A stretch of DNA of 64,000 nucleotides from the human T2T-CHM13v2.0 reference genome, Homo sapiens, in assembly GCF_009914755.1 (NCBI RefSeq), contig NC_060940.1; one strand, given 5' to 3'. Positions 58,901-64,000 of this stretch are shown piece after piece. Below the pieces are notes generated by a model. The model saw only the letters and a program-made list of their open reading frames with translations, was not told where the DNA came from and made no database searches. The position numbers and the translations under genes were made by a program. Numbering within the stretch: the stretch's first letter is position 1; each line of letters begins with the position of its first letter.

Positions 58901-61900
58901 TTCAACTCCATTCGATGTTTCCATTCGAGTTCATTCTATTATTCCATTAGATTCCATTCGATGATGATTCCATTCGATTCCATTTGATGATTGCATTCTA
59001 TTTCATTTGATGATGATTCCATTCGAGTCCACTCGATGATTCCATTCGAGTCCATTTAATGAATCCATTGGTTTCAATTCTATGATGATTACATTGGATT
59101 CCATTCGTTGATGATTTCATTCGGTTCCATTCAATGATGATTCCATTCAATTCCTTTCAATGTTTCCATTCAATTCCATACGATGATGATTCCATTTGAT
59201 TTGATTCGACAGTGAGCCATTCGATTCAATTCCATGATGATTCTATTTGATTCAATTGGTTGACATTTCCATTCGATTCCATTCGATGATGATTCCCTTT
59301 GATTCCGTTCAAAGATGATTCCATTCTAGCCCATTCAATCATTCCATTCGATTCTATTCAATGATGATTCCATTCATGTCGATTTGGTGATTCCATTTGA
59401 CTTCATTTGATGATGATTCCTTTCAAGTTCATTAGATGATTCCATTCGATTCCATTTGATGATGATCCCATTCGAGTCCATTCAGTGATTCCATTCGTTT
59501 CCATTCCATGATGATTCCATTCCTTTCCATTCAATGATTCCATTCGATTCCGTTTGATGATGATTTCATTCGAGTCCATTTGATGATTCCATTTGATTCC
59601 ATTCGATGATGATTCCATTCGAGTCCATTCGATGATTCTATTCGAATCCATTTGATGATTTCTTTTGATTATATTTGGTGATGATTCCATTGGAGTCCAT
59701 TCAATGATTCCATTCTATTCCAATCGATGATGATTCCATTAGAGTCCATTTAATGATTCCATTTGATTCCAGTCTCTGATGATTACATTCGAGTCCATAC
59801 GATGATTCCACTCAATTCCATATGATGATGATTCCATTTGATTCCATTCGGTGATTCCATTCTATTCTATTCAATGGTGATTCCATTCGAGTACATTAGA
59901 TGATTCCATTCGATTCCATTCAATGATGATTCTATTTGTGTCCCTTAGATGATTCCACATGATTCCATTACATGATGATACTATTTGAGCCCATCCAATG
60001 ATTCCCTTCGATTCCATTCGATGAGGATTCCATTCGATTCAATTCATTGGTGATTCTATTCAATTCAATTCTTTGATTCCATTCCATTCCATTCGACAAT
60101 GATTCCATTCGATTTCTTTCGATGATTCCACTCGATTCCACTTGACATTGATTCCATTCGATTCCATTCAATGATTCCATTTGATTCCAGTGGATGATGA
60201 TTGCCATCGATTCCATTCGATCACTCCATTCTATTCCATTTGATGATGATTACATTCGATTCCATTTGATGATTCCATCTGATTCTATTCGAGGATTCCA
60301 TTTGATTCCATTCGATGATGATTCCATTCGAGTCCATTCGATGATTTCATTCGAGTACATCCAATGATTCCATTCGAGTCCATTAGATGATTCCATTTGA
60401 TTCCATTTGAAAATGATTCTACTAGAGTCCATTCAATGACTCCATTCGAGTCCATTCAACAATTCCATTCGACTCCATTCGATGATTCCATTCGATTCCA
60501 TTTGATGGTTCCATTCGAGTCCATTTAATCATTACAGTCGAGTCCATTTGTTGATTCCACTGGATTTCTTTTGATAATGATACCATTCAATTACATTTGA
60601 TGATGATCCCATTCAATTTCATTTGATGATGATTCCATTAGAGTCCATTCGATGATTTCATTCGAGTCCCTTCATTGATTCCATCCGATTTCATTGGATG
60701 ATGACTCCATTCGAGTCCATTCGATGATTCCACTCGATTCCATTAGATGACTCCATTGGAGTCCATTTGATTGTTCCATTCGATTCCATTCGATTCCTTT
60801 CGAAGATTATTCCATTTGAGTCCATTCGATGATGATTCCATTCCATTCCATTCGATGATTCCGTTTGATTCCATTCGATGATTCCCTTCGATTCCTTTCT
60901 TTGATGATTCCATTCCATTCCATTCAATGATTCCATTCGAATCTATTCCATGATGATTCCTTTCGATTCCATTCGCTGATGTTTCCGTTCAATTCCATTC
61001 GATGATGATTCCATTCGATTCCATTCATTGAGGATTCCATTTGATTCCATTCAATGATGATTCCATTCTATTCCATTCAATGATTGCATTCAATTCCATT
61101 CAATGATTATCCCATTAGAGTAAACTCAACGATTCCATTCAATACCATTCAATGATGATTCCTTTTGAGTCCATTCAATGATTTCATTCAAGTCCATTTG
61201 ATGATTCCTTTCAATTCCATTCTATGATGATTCCATTCGAGTCCATTCGATGATTCCATTAGAGTACATTTAATGATTGCTTTGTTTTCAATTCGAAGAT
61301 GATTGCATTGGATTCCATTCTATGATACCATTCGATTCCATTCAATGATGATTCCACTCAAATCCATTGGATGATTCCATTCGTGTCCATTCGGTGATTT
61401 CATTAGATTCCATTCGAGGATGATTCCATTCGATTCCATTCGATGATTCCATTCAATTCCATTCGATGATGATTCCATTCCAGTCCATATGATCATTCCA
61501 TTTGATTTCATTCGATGATGATTCCATTCGATTCCTTTCGACGATTCCATTCTATTCCATTCGATGATGATTCCATTCGAGTCCATTCGATGATTCCATT
61601 CGAGTCCATTTAATGATTCCATTGGGTTCAATTCAATGATGATTACATTGGATTCCATTCTCTGATTCCATTCAATTCCGTTCAATGACAATTTGATTCC
61701 ATTCGGTGATGATTCCATTTGAGTTCATTCGATGATTCTATTCGATTCTCTTCGATGGTGATTCAATTCTATTATATTGGATGATTCCATTCGATTCCAT
61801 TTGATGTTGATTCAATTCGATTCTATTCGATGATGATTCCATTGGATTTCACTTGATGATTCTATTCGATTCCATTCAATGATGATTCACTTCTCGTCCA

Positions 61901-61995
61901 TTGGATGATTCCATTTCATTCCATTCGATGATGATTCCATTCGATTCCATTCGATGATTCCATTTGATTCCATGCGACGGTGAGCAATTCGATTC
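55966..61995 (+). repeat. HOR copy 11, 6,030 bp (10-bp deletion ~56,895; 72-bp deletion ~61,260)
   Basis: Landmarks 55994->62024 = 6,030; the shift is -10 by 56983 and -82 by 61320. Confidence 0.92.
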
Positions 61996-64000
61996 AATTC
62001 CATGATGATTCTATTTGATTCAATTAGATGATGTTTCCATTCGAATCCATTCCATGATTATTCCATTGGAATCCATTCGGCGATGATTCCATATGAGTCA
62101 ATTCAATGATGATTCCATATGGGTCCGTTCGATGATAATTCCATTTGATTTCATTCGATGCTTCTATTCTATTCCAGTCGATGATGATTCCGTTGGAGTC
62201 CATACGATGATTCCATTTGATTTCATTTGATGATGATTCCATTCGATGATGATTACATTGGATTCCATTCTATGATTCCATTCAATTCCATTCGTTGATG
62301 ATTCGATTCCATTCAATGATGATTCCATTTGAGTTCATTCGATGATTCTACTCGATTCCGTTCGATGGTGATTCAATTCTATTATATTGGATGATTCCAC
62401 TCGATTCCATTTGATGATTATTGCATTGGAGTCCATTTAGTGAATCCTTTAGATTCTATTCGACGATGATTCCATTCGAGTCCATTCGATGATACCATTC
62501 AATTCCATTCGTTGATGCTTCCATTCAAGTGCATTCGATGATATCATTCGATTCCATTTGATGATAATTCCATTTGATTCCATGCGATGATTCTATTCGA
62601 TTCCATTCAATGATAATTCCATTCAATTCAGTGATTCCTCTGGACTCCATTTGATGATGATTCCATTCAATGATTCCATTCGATTCTATTCGAAAATGAT
62701 TCCATTTGAATCCATTTGATGATGATTCCATTAGATTCCATTTGATGATTCCATTCGATTCCATTCGACGATGATTCCATTCGATTCCGTTTGATGATTC
62801 CATTCTATTCTATTCGATGATGATTCCATTCGATTCCATTCGATGATGATTGGATTCGATTCCATTTGATGATTTCATTTGATTCCATTCGTTAATGATT
62901 TCGATCAATTCCATTCGATGATTCCATTCGATAATGATTACATCCGAGTCCATTCGATGATTCCCTTTGAGCCTGTTCGATAATTCCATTTGAGTCCAAC
63001 CAATGATTCCATTCATTTCCATTCAATGATTCCATTCGAGTCCATTTGATCATTCCGGTAGGGTCCATTCGATGTTGATTCCATTGGAGTGCATTCGATG
63101 ATTCCATTCGAGTCCATTTTAGGATTTGATTCGAGTCCTTTCGATGATTCCATTCGATTCCACTCGATGATGATTTCATTCGAGTCCATTCGACACTTCC
63201 AATCGATTCCATTTGATGATTCCATTCGAGTCCAATTGATGATTCCATTCAATTCCATTCGATGATGATTCCGTACGATTCCATTCTGTGATGATTCCAT
63301 GTGATTGCATTCAATGATGATTCCTTTAGATTGCATTCGATTATGATTCATTTCGTGTTCATTCTATGGTTCCACAGGTTTCCATTCGTGTCCATTCCAT
63401 TATTCCATTCTATTCCATTTGATGATGATTCCATTCGATTCCATTCATTGGTGATTCCACTCAATTCCATTCAATGATTCCATTCCATTTCTTTCAACAA
63501 TGATTCCATTAGTTTCTAATCGATGATCCACTTGATTCCATTTGACGACGATTCCATTCTTGTCCATTTGATGATTCCATTTGATTCCATATGATGATGA
63601 TTCCATTCGATTCCATACCATGATGATTCCATTCGAGTCCATTCAATGGTGATTCCATTCAATTCCATTCGATGATTCCTTTCGATTCCATTCAATGATG
63701 ATGGCATTCGATTCCTTTTAATCATTCCCTTTGATTCCATTCAAAGGTGATTTCATTCAAGTCCATTCGATAATTGCATTCGATTCCATTCTATGATGAT
63801 TCCATTCGAGTCCATTTGATGATTCCATTCAATTCAAGTCAATGATGATTCCATTCAATTCCATTCGATGATTCCATTGGATTCCATTCGATGATGATTC
63901 CATTCAAATCCATTCGATAATTCAATTCAAGTCCATTCGATGATGATTCCAATCGAATCCATTCAAAGATTCCATTCTGTTCCATTCGATGATTCCCTTA
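61996..64000 (+). repeat. HOR copy 12, truncated by the window end; sister of copy 11
   Basis: Same 10-bp deletion (~62,925) and the same private substitutions (TTGCATTGGAGTCCATTTAG, CTACTCGATTCC, CCTTTTAATC) as copy 11. Confidence 0.9.

Larger units (their letters stand above)
1..64000 (+). repeat. Human satellite II (HSat2/HSATII) array, probably subfamily HSat2B (6.1-kb HOR, chr16q11.2-type pericentromeric heterochromatin)
   Basis: Continuous degenerate (CATTC)n with CATTCGATTC, CATTCGAGTC and (GAT)1-3 spacers and dense TCGA, which is the HSat2 signature rather than the purer (CATTC)n of HSat3. Same orientation throughout. The 6,112-bp periodicity is seen directly. Family call is strong; subfamily and chromosome are inferred from the known ~6.1-kb period of chr16 HSat2B. 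Confidence 0.95.

Noticed and set aside
29-63740. Over 140 short ORFs, mostly on the minus strand (MESSNGIEWNHRM...-type peptides, 60-132 aa)
   Set aside because: They are direct translations of (GAATG/GAATC/ATC)n. The minus strand is ATG-rich and stop-poor, the ORFs overlap in several frames, repeat with the HOR and are broken or fused freely by indels. There is no domain, splice or promoter evidence.
1-64000. CRISPR-like array (short repeats with variable intervening sequence)
   Set aside because: There are no invariant direct repeats separated by unique spacers; the intervening sequence is the same satellite, and no cas genes or leader are present.
1-64000. HSat3, alpha satellite or telomeric repeat assignment
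   Set aside because: Pure CATTC runs are limited to about three copies, and CATTCGATTC with GAT spacers dominates. No alphoid monomer, CENP-B box or TTAGGG array was seen; the 170-bp indel is 4x23+3x26, not an alphoid unit.
1-64000. Strand inversion or large hairpin
   Set aside because: No GAATG-oriented block was seen on the + strand; only trivial 4-6 bp palindromes (TCGA, ATCGAT, CATATG) occur.
1-64000. Heat-shock elements (nGAAn arrays)
   Set aside because: GAA pentamers are almost all in direct orientation rather than the alternating inverted arrangement of a canonical HSE, and HSF1 stress bodies are established for HSat3 rather than this sequence type.

Overview
The whole 64 kb window is one uninterrupted block of human-type classical satellite II (HSat2/HSATII). 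It is built from degenerate CATTC pentamers grouped into ~23/26-bp units such as ATTCCATTCGATTCCATTCG(ATG)1-2, with the CATTC strand on + throughout. The satellite is organised into a higher-order repeat (HOR) of exactly 6,112 bp. From established knowledge this period fits the HSat2B subfamily of the chromosome 16q11.2 pericentromeric array; the chromosome assignment is inference. No genes, transposons or RNA genes are supported, and every listed ORF is a translation artefact of the satellite. The informative structure is the array history. Homogeneous 6,112-bp copies flank a disrupted 21.5-49.9 kb core. That core contains 6,102-bp chimeric copies, a ~1.83-kb non-HOR divergent island, older-looking partial copies, an internal back-jump, and shared 570-bp and 1,762-bp deletions. 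Small indels are quantised to the satellite grammar (3, 10, 16, 23, 49, 72, 170 bp). A DUX4-consensus site (TAATTGAATCA) recurs at the same position in 11 HOR copies. I see no evidence of a novel coding system. Coordinates and 'offsets' (positions within copy 1) come from manual alignment and the ORF-track shifts; breakpoints are approximate because they fall in microhomology.
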